From NCBI GenBank assembly GCA_965215335.1, contig CBDCDA010000001.1, forward strand, positions 928,001-992,000: a stretch of DNA of 64,000 nucleotides, given 5' to 3'. The notes below the pieces were generated by a model that saw only the letters and a list, made by a program, of their open reading frames with translations, did no database searches and was not told where the DNA came from. This DNA is from an uncultured Candidatus Entotheonella sp. (GTDB lineage Bacteria; Tectomicrobia; Entotheonellia; Entotheonellales; Entotheonellaceae). Shown piece after piece: positions 9,519 through 18,957 of the stretch. The position numbers and the translations under genes were made by a program. The first letter of the stretch is position 1. Each line of letters opens with the position of its first letter.

Positions 9519-10544
9519 CTAGCCGCCACTGTCCTCGCGCCGCAGGTAGAAAAGCTGCCACAGGATGACCAGACCGAGGATGGGAAACATGAACAGCGCC
9601 GCAGCGGCGCCCTCGCCCAGGTTGCCGGAGGTCATGCCGAGCTGGTAGGCCAGGGTGGCGAACAGGTGGGTGCTGTTGTGCGGCCCGCCGCGGGTGAGAA
9701 TGTACACCACCTGAAAGTCCGAGAAGGTCACCACGAAGGAGAACACCGTCACCACCACGGCGATGGGCTTGATGAGCGGCAGGGTGATGTGCCAGAACTT
9801 CTGGAATTCGTTGGTGCCGTCGATGTTGCCGGCGTCGTAGAGCTCCGGCGGCACCGTCTGCAGGCCCGCCAGGAACGAAATGGCAAAGAACGGCAGGCCG
9901 CGCCAGGCGTTGACCAGGATGATCGAGAACATCGCCAGCCCCGGACTTCCCAGCCACAGCGGCCCCTGCACGTAGCCCCAGTTTTCCTTCAGCAGGAAGC
10001 CGAAGACGCCGATTTCCAGCCGCCACAGCCACTTGAGCACCCAGTTGAACACGCTGAAGGTGGCGTCGAACATCCACAGCCACGCCAGGCCGCTGAGCAC
10101 GGTGGGAACGATGAACGGCAGCAGCACGGTGGCGCGCGTGAAGCGCGCCAGCCGGAACCTGCGGTTCAGCAGAATGGCGAGCCACATGCCGAACACCGCC
10201 TTGATGACCGTGGCGGCGATGGTGAAGATGACCGTGTTCCAGGCCGCCTGGTGAAAAATTTCGCTCTTCGACAACTTGACGAAATTGGCCAGGCCCACAA
10301 AATTGCCGGGCGTGCCCACCACCTTGTCGGTCAGCGACATCCACACGCCCAGCGAGAACGGATAGGCGATGAACACGACGATCAGCAGCAGGGCCGGCAG
10401 CATCAGCACGTAGCCGAGCACGGCCTCGTTCTCCAGCCACAGGCCGAGGCGCCTGCCAAGCGGCAGGCGCGCTGCGGCCCTCAGGGTATCGGACGATGCG
10501 GTCGAGACGGACGACGGTATGGATTTCAACGGCTGTTCCTGCAT
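9519..10544 (-). CDS. Carbohydrate-type ABC transporter permease (MalF-like)
   Basis: FVGLANF, LAGLQTVPPELYDAGNIDG, LTRGGP. Confidence 0.92.
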   Translation of the reverse strand: MQEQPLKSIPSSVSTASSDTLRAAARLPLGRRLGLWLENEAVLGYVLMLPALLLIVVFIAYPFSLGVWMSLTDKVVGTPGNFVGLANFVKLSKSEIFHQAAWNTVIFTIAATVIKAVFGMWLAILLNRRFRLARFTRATVLLPFIVPTVLSGLAWLWMFDATFSVFNWVLKWLWRLEIGVFGFLLKENWGYVQGPLWLGSPGLAMFSIILVNAWRGLPFFAISFLAGLQTVPPELYDAGNIDGTNEFQKFWHITLPLIKPIAVVVTVFSFVVTFSDFQVVYILTRGGPHNSTHLFATLAYQLGMTSGNLGEGAAAALFMFPILGLVILWQLFYLRREDSGG

Positions 10545-10586
10545 GGAGAGGATGCGCCTGCCGGGTCCGGCGGGCGTATCGGCAGA

Positions 10587-11930
10587 TTACGCTTCGTAGA
10601 TGGCCTTCAATTCCCGTTCCGCCCACTCGATGACGCTCCGGGTCGAGTCGCCCCGCACCGCCTTGGCGAACAGGTCGACGATGATGTACTTGGCGAACGC
10701 CTCCGACGACTGGCGGTTGTACGGCCCGGCGTAGCCGAGGTTGCGGCCGTACTGCGGCAGCTCACGATAGATGGTGACGGCCGGGTCCTCCTCCCACATC
10801 GGGTGTTCCTGCCACTTCGGCAACGGGCCGTTGATGTAGCCCTTGTTGATCACCAGGAACTTCTCGAAATTGTCGTCCTGGTGAACGAAACGGATGTAGT
10901 CGCGCGCCGCCTCCTTGTTGGCCGAGTAGCGCGTGATGCAGTTGGAGAACGGCCCGACGCCGTGGTAGCGTCCGTGCGGACCTTCGGGGATCAGGAAGTG
11001 ACCCAGCCGGTCGGCCAGACCGGGTGCGGCCTTGCGGGGATCGTTGCGGGCGACGAAGTAAATGCTGGCGCCGTTCAGGGTGACGGCGATGGTCTCCGCC
11101 AGAAAGGCGCGGTTGTTGCTGGTGTCGTCCCAGGCCAGGCCGCTTTCGTCGCAGGCGGCAGACCAGAACGCCTTGAGAAAATCCACCGCGTTGGCCGTCT
11201 CCTTGCTGTTCAGAGCCACCCTCCCGTCTTCGTCCACTTCCTTGCCGCCGAAACACCACAACAGGGTGTAGGCGAAGCCGGGGGCATCGCCGAAGGTGTG
11301 ACCGAGACTCTGCCCGACCGGCATGCCGTAATGCTTCAGCTTCTTGCCGGCTTCCAGATACTCGTCCCAGGTTTCGGGCGGACGAGAAATGCCGACTTCC
11401 TCGAAGACGTCTTTGCGGTAAACGTTGGCGCCGCCACCGAAGAAGTTGGGCATGCCCCGATGCACGCCGCTCTCGTCGCGCACGGCGTCTCGGATGAACG
11501 GGTAGATCTCGTCGCCGCCGAGTTCCTCGATCAAGTCGTCGTGATCGTCGAGGCCTTTGGCGTAAAGCAGCGGGTAATTGGAAAGGAGCTGCAGAATGTC
11601 GGCACCCGTGCCGCCCTCGATGGCCGCGGTGGCCCGCGCCGGCAGGTCGTTGGCGTTGATGTGCTCGACGATCACCTTCACCCCGGCCTGCTTGCCGAAT
11701 TCCGCCGCCTGTCGGTCCCGTTCAACGTCAGCCGGGGCGACGAAACTGCTCCACTCCAGGACGTGCAGGGTTCGTTCCTGCGCAAAGGCCGGTGCCTGAC
11801 CGGTCAGCCAGTTCGTGCCAGCAACGGCCGCCAGGGCCGCTCCCGCTTTGCCCGTGCGCACCAGGAAATCCCGCCGCCGCATCCGGTTGGGGGCCGTTTC
11901 ACCCCGTTGCTGCCCTGCCTCGTGTGCCAT
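10587..11930 (-). CDS. Tat-exported extracellular solute-binding protein (family 1)
   Basis: Twin-arginine RRRDFL, AFA cleavage site, PETWDE, WDDTSNNRAF; first gene of the ABC operon. Confidence 0.88.
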   Translation of the reverse strand: MAHEAGQQRGETAPNRMRRRDFLVRTGKAGAALAAVAGTNWLTGQAPAFAQERTLHVLEWSSFVAPADVERDRQAAEFGKQAGVKVIVEHINANDLPARATAAIEGGTGADILQLLSNYPLLYAKGLDDHDDLIEELGGDEIYPFIRDAVRDESGVHRGMPNFFGGGANVYRKDVFEEVGISRPPETWDEYLEAGKKLKHYGMPVGQSLGHTFGDAPGFAYTLLWCFGGKEVDEDGRVALNSKETANAVDFLKAFWSAACDESGLAWDDTSNNRAFLAETIAVTLNGASIYFVARNDPRKAAPGLADRLGHFLIPEGPHGRYHGVGPFSNCITRYSANKEAARDYIRFVHQDDNFEKFLVINKGYINGPLPKWQEHPMWEEDPAVTIYRELPQYGRNLGYAGPYNRQSSEAFAKYIIVDLFAKAVRGDSTRSVIEWAERELKAIYEA

Positions 11931-12075
11931 GGCTCGCCTCCATAAGGCGCTCCTCGCGCCTGACCTGTCGTGCCCATCCAATTGCCATCGGTGAGTGCCC
12001 TAGTATCGTGTTTTCTCTCGTGCTGTCAAGTCCGCGTGCTCAGGCTACGGCCGGCAAGAAGCAGAACGGGAGGGA

Positions 12076-13617
12076 CTACAGAGAGCGGAGGAATTGCAAC
12101 AGGGCTTCGCGGTCGCCGTGAGGCAAACGGCGGAAGTACTCCTTGGCGGCTTCGGCCTCGCCGCCATGCCACAAAATGGCCTCGGCCAGATCGCGGGCGC
12201 GGCCGTCGTGCAGGAAGCAGGTGTGCCGGTTGACGGTCTCCACGAGTCCGATGCCCCACAGCGGCGGCGTGCGCCATTCGGCACCCGTGGCCTCGAAATC
12301 CGGCCGGCCGTCGGCCAGGGCAGCGCCCATGTCGTGCAGCAGCAGGTCGGTGTAGGGGTGGATTACCTGCTCTGACAGGTCCGGCAAGCCGGGCACCGAG
12401 CCCGTGCGCAAGGTGGGTATATGGCAAGTGCCGCATTGCGCCGCGTCGAACAGGTGCCGGCCGCGCCGCACGTCGAGCCGGCCCGGGTCACGGCGGGCCG
12501 GCACCGCCAGGGTCCGGTTGTAGAAGACGACGTGGGCAAGCAGGTCCGCGGGCAATTCGGGGCTGCCGCCGTTCGGGGCTTGTCGGCACGCCAGGGCGTT
12601 GGGGGGGCAGTTTTCATCGGGGAAAAGAGGCGAGGTAATGCCGATGTCACCGAGGAATGCGCCAGCCACCTGCTGGGCCACGGTGGGCTGGTTGGCCTTC
12701 CAGCCGAAACGGCCCAGAATCGTTCGCCGGCCGGCTTTGTCCCAAACCCGATTGGGCCGCCCGGAAATACCATCGCCATCGGCGTCGTCAGGGTCGGCCA
12801 GCGCCAGCAGCGCCGCCGCGGGCACCGCTTCCAGCAACCCGAGCCCGACGAGGGCGGGGGCGACTCGGGGCGACGACAGCATGTGCGGGTGCATGGGGCC
12901 GTACCTCAGATCGGCGAAAGTGTACGTCGGTTTCCGCAGACTGTAGGACTCGCCATCGCCATACGTACCGGCAATTTCTTCATACGTTATCACCGCCCTG
13001 CCCTCGGGCGGCACGCCGTGCACGGCCAGGCCGTTCAGCTGGTCGCCGTACGTCGGTTCGGGCACAACCCCCCGCTGCACGTCGCGGCCCGGGATGCTGA
13101 GCCGTACGAGCATCGACAGCATATCCTCACCGGGAGCCGGCGGCCGCCCGCGGCCGTCGTGCAGGTGGCAGGCGGAGCACGAACGGGCGTTGAACAAGGG
13201 TCCGAGGCCGTCGCGCGCCGTTGTGGACGACGGCGCGCTGACCCAATTGCGGTTGAAGAAGGAATTGCCGACGAAGAATTGCGTTTCCTGGTCCGCCGTC
13301 AGGTGGGGCAGCGGTTGACCAAAGGCTTGCCGCGTGGTGGCGAACACGGTGGCCGCGCCACCCGACAAGGCGCCCGGAGCTTCTTGGGCAGAGACACCAC
13401 CCATCAGGACCACAATGGCGAGAAGACACGACACGGCAATGAAATGACGTGCCCAGACCGTCACTTCCGCGCAAGCGGGAGGCTGCATTTTCCGAGGGAC
13501 AGGATTCTGCCCCGGACTCGAGCTCGGGGCCCTGGATTCCGGGTCAGGCCCGGAATGACGCCTTGGGGGCACTGCACGAGCTCTTCTCTTCAGGAAGACC
13601 CGGAACATCCGCAGCAT
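12076..13617 (-). CDS. Di-heme oxidoreductase (DHOR) family protein; start uncertain (13617, 13608 or 13488)
   Basis: CSACH and CGTCH, DGLGPLFNARSC, GRFGWKA, PYTDLLLHDMG, WRTPPLWGIG, LHDGRAR; downstream of imelysin. Confidence 0.9.
   Translation of the reverse strand: MLRMFRVFLKRRARAVPPRRHSGPDPESRAPSSSPGQNPVPRKMQPPACAEVTVWARHFIAVSCLLAIVVLMGGVSAQEAPGALSGGAATVFATTRQAFGQPLPHLTADQETQFFVGNSFFNRNWVSAPSSTTARDGLGPLFNARSCSACHLHDGRGRPPAPGEDMLSMLVRLSIPGRDVQRGVVPEPTYGDQLNGLAVHGVPPEGRAVITYEEIAGTYGDGESYSLRKPTYTFADLRYGPMHPHMLSSPRVAPALVGLGLLEAVPAAALLALADPDDADGDGISGRPNRVWDKAGRRTILGRFGWKANQPTVAQQVAGAFLGDIGITSPLFPDENCPPNALACRQAPNGGSPELPADLLAHVVFYNRTLAVPARRDPGRLDVRRGRHLFDAAQCGTCHIPTLRTGSVPGLPDLSEQVIHPYTDLLLHDMGAALADGRPDFEATGAEWRTPPLWGIGLVETVNRHTCFLHDGRARDLAEAILWHGGEAEAAKEYFRRLPHGDREALLQFLRSL
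13459..13560. repeat. Inverted pair of CGTC-type REP-like palindromes with a central hairpin
   Basis: Plus strand CGTCACTTCCGCGCAAGCGGGAG at 13459; minus strand CGTCATTCCGGGCCTGACCCGGAATCCAGG at 13560-13531; GCCCCGG...TCGGGGC hairpin between them. Confidence 0.7.
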
Positions 13618-13642
13618 GGGATAGCCTGTCAAAAAAACGCCG

Positions 13643-14791
13643 TCACTCCGGCAGTTCAACCTGCAGGTTCGGGATGCCGAGGTCGACGGCGGCGTTGACG
13701 ATCTCTTCAGCCTGAGCCCGCAGCGCGTGGATCGCCGCCTGTACCCGTTGACGGCCTGCCGGCGTCACGATCTCGCGGTCGAACGGCGGCTGGATGGTGT
13801 GCACCGCGGCCATGGCGTTGCGCATTTTTCCCCGCAGCTCGGCTCTGCGATCATCTTGCAGCAGCGCCAGGACGCCCGGCCCCGCCAGCACCGTGCCGTT
13901 GCTGCGCACGTAACGACCCTCGATGACGTTCTGAATGCCCAGAGCGTTGCGGATGACGTCGACGTGGGTGTTGTCGCTGAAGCAGGAATGCTCGTCTTCC
14001 TGATCGTGTGATTCCAGAGCCACCGCCATGCGCTCGCCGGCCAGCTCGCTGCGGCTCAAGGTGCCGATGCCGACCAGAATCTGACGCAGGGCTTCGTTCG
14101 GCTCCCGGGCCAGAAACGCCGTGCGGTAATTGCCGTTTTGCCCCGGCGCCCATTCGGCGACCAGGGATTGCAGGTCGCCGACCAATTGCGCCGCCACGGT
14201 ATGCAGATACCGCACGCGCCGGGGGGCCTCCACGTAGTCGGAAACCGGGCGGGCGCCAGGTCCGTCGGTACTCAAGTCCTGCCCCCACAGCAGGAATTCG
14301 ATAGCGTGATAGCCGAGACTGACGTTTTCCTCGCCGCCCTGCTCGTTGAGCGCCAGCAGGCTCTCCTGGGTGATCGGTGCATTGGGATCATTGATGATGC
14401 CGGCGCACGGGTTGCCCGCCACATAGTCGACGTAGCTCTCGTCCATCGGCCAGGCGTTAAGCTGGCCTTCCGGCCCGTCGGCGTCGTCGATGGGGCCGCC
14501 GTAGAAGCGGAAGGCTTCGGTCTCGCCGTACGGAATGCGCGCCCGTTTCCAGGCGTTCTTGGCGGCCTCCAGTGAGGCGGCACTCGGCCGGTCGGTCAAC
14601 GCCTGCAAGGCGCCCTGCAAGGCGACGGCCCGCCGATAGGAATCCTCGTAGCCGGCGTGCACGAGATTGGCGTAATGCGCCACTACCTGCCGCACCGTGG
14701 CGAGGTCGGCGCCTTCCACCGGCGGAATGGACGCCGAGCCGGCCAGCAAGAAGAGAAAGCAAGAGACGAAAGCCAGGGAACGTGTTCGCAT
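13643..14791 (-). CDS. Imelysin-family iron-regulated protein (IrpA/IcmP-like)
   Basis: AWKRARIPYGETEAFRFY, LNAWPMDE, GYHAIEFLLWGQD, EDEHSCFSDNTH; signal peptide. Confidence 0.92.
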   Translation of the reverse strand: MRTRSLAFVSCFLFLLAGSASIPPVEGADLATVRQVVAHYANLVHAGYEDSYRRAVALQGALQALTDRPSAASLEAAKNAWKRARIPYGETEAFRFYGGPIDDADGPEGQLNAWPMDESYVDYVAGNPCAGIINDPNAPITQESLLALNEQGGEENVSLGYHAIEFLLWGQDLSTDGPGARPVSDYVEAPRRVRYLHTVAAQLVGDLQSLVAEWAPGQNGNYRTAFLAREPNEALRQILVGIGTLSRSELAGERMAVALESHDQEDEHSCFSDNTHVDVIRNALGIQNVIEGRYVRSNGTVLAGPGVLALLQDDRRAELRGKMRNAMAAVHTIQPPFDREIVTPAGRQRVQAAIHALRAQAEEIVNAAVDLGIPNLQVELPE

Positions 14792-14838
14792 GGTAAGGTT
14801 CTCCTCCAGACCGGATTGGGACGGTGGATTGCGTTTCC

Positions 14839-14870
14839 AATAATGATAGTCACTCTCATTCTCAAGTCAA
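14839..14870 (-). promoter_or_regulatory. Fur box overlapping the sigma70 promoter of the imelysin-DHOR operon
   Basis: AATAATGATAGTCACTCTC (14839-14857) matches the 19-bp Fur consensus at 15 of 19 positions; minus strand TTGACT-16 nt-TATCAT. Confidence 0.75.
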
Positions 14871-14993
14871 CAGCGAACGCCACTGCCGTCGTCCCTCCTC
14901 TTCCACCCCCCGGATCAAAACCGCCGTCGCGGTATGCGGTATACTGTGCCCCTTCAACCTTTTCGTTCCTCATTTTCTCAGGAGATCTGATCC

Positions 14994-15725
14994 ATGGCGA
15001 GAATGACCACGCAGAAGATGCTGACCGAACTGAGCAAGATTGATACCCCCTCCATCACCAACGTGGTGGCGACCTACCCGAAAAACGACCTCTGCCTCGG
15101 CCTGTACAATCCCTGGACCGAGAACTGGTATACCGACGACTCCATCCGCTGCATGTATCCCGAGCTCGGCCCCAAGGCAGGCTATGCGGTCACCTGCATT
15201 TACGGCATGCCCGATCCCAACTTCTCCCGCCTGTCGTTCCTCGACGTCATCGACGCCCTGGACGCCTCCCCGAAACCGACCGTTCTCGTTCTGCAACAGA
15301 AATACCCGCCCGAGATCGCCGGCAAGGTCGGCCTGGCGGGCGAGATCATGGTCACGGCGATGCAGTCGGTCGGTTGCGTGGGCATGCTGTCCAACGGCCC
15401 GTCGCGCGACGTCGACGCCATCCGCGCCCTGAAGTTCCAGTACCTGCTCAGCGGCGCCTCGGCGGGCCACGGCGACATGGCGGTGCATGCGGTCAACGTG
15501 CCGGTGAACGTCGGCGGCATGGACGTGTCGCCGGGCGAGATGGTGCACATGGACGAAAATGGCGCCTGCAAGTTTCCCGCCGACAAGACCGAGGCGGTGC
15601 TGAAAAACGTCAAGGCCCTGCTCAGGGACGAAGACGTGCGCATCACGGCGCTGCGCAAGGCCAAAGGCGCGGCGCAGGTCAAGGCCGCTTTTGCCGGGCA
15701 TTCGTACAGCGAAGATGACGAGTAG
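14994..15725 (+). CDS. RraA / HMG aldolase family protein
   Basis: IDTPSITN, GYAVT, GEIM, SNGPSRDVD, VSPGEMVHMDENG. Confidence 0.85.
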   Translation: MARMTTQKMLTELSKIDTPSITNVVATYPKNDLCLGLYNPWTENWYTDDSIRCMYPELGPKAGYAVTCIYGMPDPNFSRLSFLDVIDALDASPKPTVLVLQQKYPPEIAGKVGLAGEIMVTAMQSVGCVGMLSNGPSRDVDAIRALKFQYLLSGASAGHGDMAVHAVNVPVNVGGMDVSPGEMVHMDENGACKFPADKTEAVLKNVKALLRDEDVRITALRKAKGAAQVKAAFAGHSYSEDDE

Positions 15726-15752
15726 GCCGGCGCCCGGCAGAGGACTCACGAC

Positions 15753-16826
15753 ATGACCAAGCAACACGGCCTGCGCGTCGGCGTGCTGGGCACCGGCTGG
15801 GGCACCCGCATCTCGGTGCCAGCCCTGCGTGCCGAGGGCTGGCACGTCGCGGCGCTGTGGAGCCGCAACGCCGAACGCGCCCAAAAGCAGGCTGGCGAAC
15901 TGGAAATCCCGTTCGCCACCAACAATGCCTCGGCGCTGATCAACCGCCCTGACGTCGACGCCGTGACCATCGTCACGCCGACGCCGACGCATCACGACAT
16001 CTGCCTGGAAGCCCTGGCGGCCGGCAAGCACGTGCTGGCCGAAAAACCCATGGCCATGAACGCCGGGCAGGCCGAGGAGATGACGGCTGCCGCCGGATCG
16101 GCCGGCGTCACGGCGATGATCAACTTCGAATTTCGCTTCACCCCGCAGCGCCTGCACGTGCAGCGGCTGCTGGCGGCGGACTACCTGGGCCGCCTGCGCC
16201 ACGGCATGGTGGAGCTGTACTGGGCGCCGCCGCTGGCGGCGCGGGAGTTGAACTGGCGCGGCCGGGCCGCCAGCGGCGGCGGCGTGCTGAACGAGCACGG
16301 CTCCCACTATATCGACGCCCTGCACCAGTGGCTGGGGGACGTCCGCAGCGTCAGCGCGCGTGTCGAGACGTTCGTGCCGCAACGCCGCGTTCCCGTGTCG
16401 GGCGCGCCGCTACAGGCCGACGCGGACGATTTCTTCACCGCCACGTTCGGCATGGCGCAAGGCGGCGTGGTGGTGCTGACGCAGTCGTGGGCGGCCAGTC
16501 TCGGGCTGGGGATGCGCGCCACCCTGGCGGGTTCCGGCGGCATGCTGGTGACGGCGTGCCGGGAAACCATGATGTTTGACGGCGAGGTCTGCGGCGCCCC
16601 CACCGGCAGCGACGACCTGCAACCCCTGCCGCGCCCGGCGGGCATCGCCCCGTTCGACGACCCCGACTGGCGCATCGGCTCCTCGCGGCGTCTGCTGCGC
16701 GAGTTTCTGCGCGGCATTCGCGAAGGCTGCTCACCAGCGCCGAACTTCGCGGACGGCCTGCGCTGCCAGCGGGTGATCGACGCCATTCGCGAGTCGGCCC
16801 GCAGCGGGCGCACGGTCACGTTGTAA
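15753..16826 (+). CDS. Gfo/Idh/MocA family oxidoreductase
   Basis: GVLGTGWG, GKHVLAEKP, GGGVLNEHGSHYID. Confidence 0.92.
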   Translation: MTKQHGLRVGVLGTGWGTRISVPALRAEGWHVAALWSRNAERAQKQAGELEIPFATNNASALINRPDVDAVTIVTPTPTHHDICLEALAAGKHVLAEKPMAMNAGQAEEMTAAAGSAGVTAMINFEFRFTPQRLHVQRLLAADYLGRLRHGMVELYWAPPLAARELNWRGRAASGGGVLNEHGSHYIDALHQWLGDVRSVSARVETFVPQRRVPVSGAPLQADADDFFTATFGMAQGGVVVLTQSWAASLGLGMRATLAGSGGMLVTACRETMMFDGEVCGAPTGSDDLQPLPRPAGIAPFDDPDWRIGSSRRLLREFLRGIREGCSPAPNFADGLRCQRVIDAIRESARSGRTVTL

Positions 16827-16928
16827 GCAATGAATGTGCGTTGCGGTTTCTTGGTTTGGGGTACGGATGGGGGCCCGAAAGTGAGGATCCTCGGAGGTCG
16901 AGCCCGCAACCGCCGGGGCGAAGACAGC

Positions 16929-16963
16929 GTGACGGACCGTCATCTGGCTGAGACGATCCGTCA
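16929..16963. terminator. Hairpin between convergent genes
   Basis: GTGACGGACCGTC...GACGATCCGTCAC imperfect inverted repeat. Confidence 0.45.
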
Positions 16964-17010
16964 CTCCGGCAAAAGACCTCCTGACCTCCCAAATGGCGCT
17001 GAACGTGTGC

Positions 17011-18696
17011 CTATTGCTGACGCGCTCCGAAAGAGCCGGCGAAGGTGTGGTCACCGTCCGTAGCGCCAAACGTGCCGGCAAAGGCGCTCGGAATGTCGGA
17101 GGCGGCATGGCCGTTACCGAAGAACTTGCCGCCCCAGGAGCCGCGCCAGCGTGTAGTGGCCGTGTCGTCGCCGAAGGCATTTCCATCAACCCAGCCGCCG
17201 CGGACAGGGGAGCCTCCTGCCGAGGATTGGAAGATGTTGGTTGTTCCATCTTCTCGTCCCGATACCGTGAGGTCCAACTCCGTCAACGGCGAGGTTTCGC
17301 GGCCGTCGATCTCGAATTCGTAAACCCTGCCTTCAATCGTGCCGAAGTCGCTGGGCGTACCGAAGTCGGCCGTCAACTCGACCTTGGCGTTGAACGGGCT
17401 GATCGTTGCAGCCGGCACGTCCGCATACGTCCCGGCTGCCTCGCCTGCGTAGTCGGCGGTTCCGGCAAGCCCCTGGAGGTTGTCCACCATGAAGGGGTCG
17501 TCGCCGCCCGCGAACACGCCGAAGTCATAGGCGTCGAGGTTCGTGACGTCCTCCGGTACGAACAGCCAGCTGCCAAGGGTGAGATAGTTTACGGTCGGCA
17601 CTTCCGCGGGTTGGGGGTGAGCAAGCATTACATCCCCGCTGCCGTCGTCAGGCGTAAAGATTACGGGATCCCCACCCACGTCAGGGGTATACCCCGGAGG
17701 CAGGTTGTCACGCGAGTCCTCGAGACCGCAATAGCCAGCTTCGCCAGCGGCGCAGGAAAAGGTGCCCGCCGCGCTGTCCAGAGAGCCGCGCAGACCGCCT
17801 GCGTAAATCCACAGACCGTCCCAGCCTGCGGGGATGGCAGGAAGATCATCCAGGACGATGTTGGGGTAGGTTGCATCGCCACTAGGATGAGTGGTGAACG
17901 GGTCTCCTGGATTGTCGGATTGCATCAGGTCGGTAAAGAGGCGCAGCGTCAGTGTCCCGCCGCCTTCATATGTCTTCATGGCCTCGACTCCCTGCCATGC
18001 CACCCCGAGGCCGTGATTGTCGATTGGATGGTGCGAGTCAATGGCTCGGAAAGGCCAAAGATCGGGATCGGATTGCAAGGGCCTGTAGGCCAGGGCGATC
18101 CCTGCCACGATTGACAGATTTCCGTCCTCGTCATACCACGGCAGGGCTATGCCCAGACTCCCGTCGCGGTAGGATTGCGACATGGAAGTGTACTTGGATC
18201 CTGAATGGTTGGTCTGGTGATGGAAACGCCACCCGGCAAGCTCATAGTCGCTATCCCAATCCGGCGACTTGCGGATGAGGATGGTGTCCCCGACACGGTT
18301 CACCTTCTCCACGCCATAAGCAGCAGCGTCCCGGATCTTGTCTGCCGCTGCCAAGGCAACACGCGCATCGATACGGGCTTGTTCCGCAGCATCACGCTCC
18401 TGCTCTGCCATCACCCGAGCTGCTTTCTCCATGTCCAGTTGCCGCTCCCGGATCTTGCCTGCCGCTTCCAAGGCAACACGCGCATCAATACGGGCTTGTT
18501 CCGCAGCGTCACGCTCCTGCTCTGCCATCACTCGAGCTGCTTTCTCCACGTCCAGTTGCCGTTCCAAGCCTGCCAATTTGCCGTCGTCCGAGCTTGAACA
18601 GCCAATTACTGCCGCGCAAAGCACGACGACCGAGCAAATCAGCGCGATATTGCAACGTTGGGTGGCGATTACGGGGGGGCAAATTGCTCTAAGCAT
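17011..18696 (-). CDS. Surface lipoprotein with coiled-coil repeat and C-terminal TbpB-like beta-barrel
   Basis: GGAGGAG RBS, lipobox VIGC; C-terminal strands VELTADFG, WGGKFFGNG, FAGTFGA, FAGSFGA resemble transferrin-binding-protein-like barrels. Confidence 0.7.
   Translation of the reverse strand: MLRAICPPVIATQRCNIALICSVVVLCAAVIGCSSSDDGKLAGLERQLDVEKAARVMAEQERDAAEQARIDARVALEAAGKIRERQLDMEKAARVMAEQERDAAEQARIDARVALAAADKIRDAAAYGVEKVNRVGDTILIRKSPDWDSDYELAGWRFHHQTNHSGSKYTSMSQSYRDGSLGIALPWYDEDGNLSIVAGIALAYRPLQSDPDLWPFRAIDSHHPIDNHGLGVAWQGVEAMKTYEGGGTLTLRLFTDLMQSDNPGDPFTTHPSGDATYPNIVLDDLPAIPAGWDGLWIYAGGLRGSLDSAAGTFSCAAGEAGYCGLEDSRDNLPPGYTPDVGGDPVIFTPDDGSGDVMLAHPQPAEVPTVNYLTLGSWLFVPEDVTNLDAYDFGVFAGGDDPFMVDNLQGLAGTADYAGEAAGTYADVPAATISPFNAKVELTADFGTPSDFGTIEGRVYEFEIDGRETSPLTELDLTVSGREDGTTNIFQSSAGGSPVRGGWVDGNAFGDDTATTRWRGSWGGKFFGNGHAASDIPSAFAGTFGATDGDHTFAGSFGARQQ
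18331..18564. repeat. Intragenic tandem duplication, 2 x 117 bp (39 aa)
   Basis: Units start at 18331 and 18448 and encode ERQLD(V/M)EKAARVMAEQERDAAEQARIDARVAL(E/A)AA(G/D)KIR. Confidence 0.95.
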
Positions 18697-18957
18697 CCTC
18701 GACTCCTCCAATGTTGTCTGTCTGACAGACATGTCAGATGGGCTCTGGTATACCTTTGACGCCTTCCGGCCTCCGCGGGAGGGGACCCGCTGATACGATC
18801 TGTGTCATATCACGTGTTGGGGAGGAAATCAAACGGATACACGACCCCACCGCGACCTGCAAATCGGCGGGTTTCGCCCGGAAGCGATGAGGCCGGCCAA
18901 GTGTGAAAAACGCCGCTTTTTGGCTCCCAAGTGGGGACTTTTGGGCGGACCGCCGGC

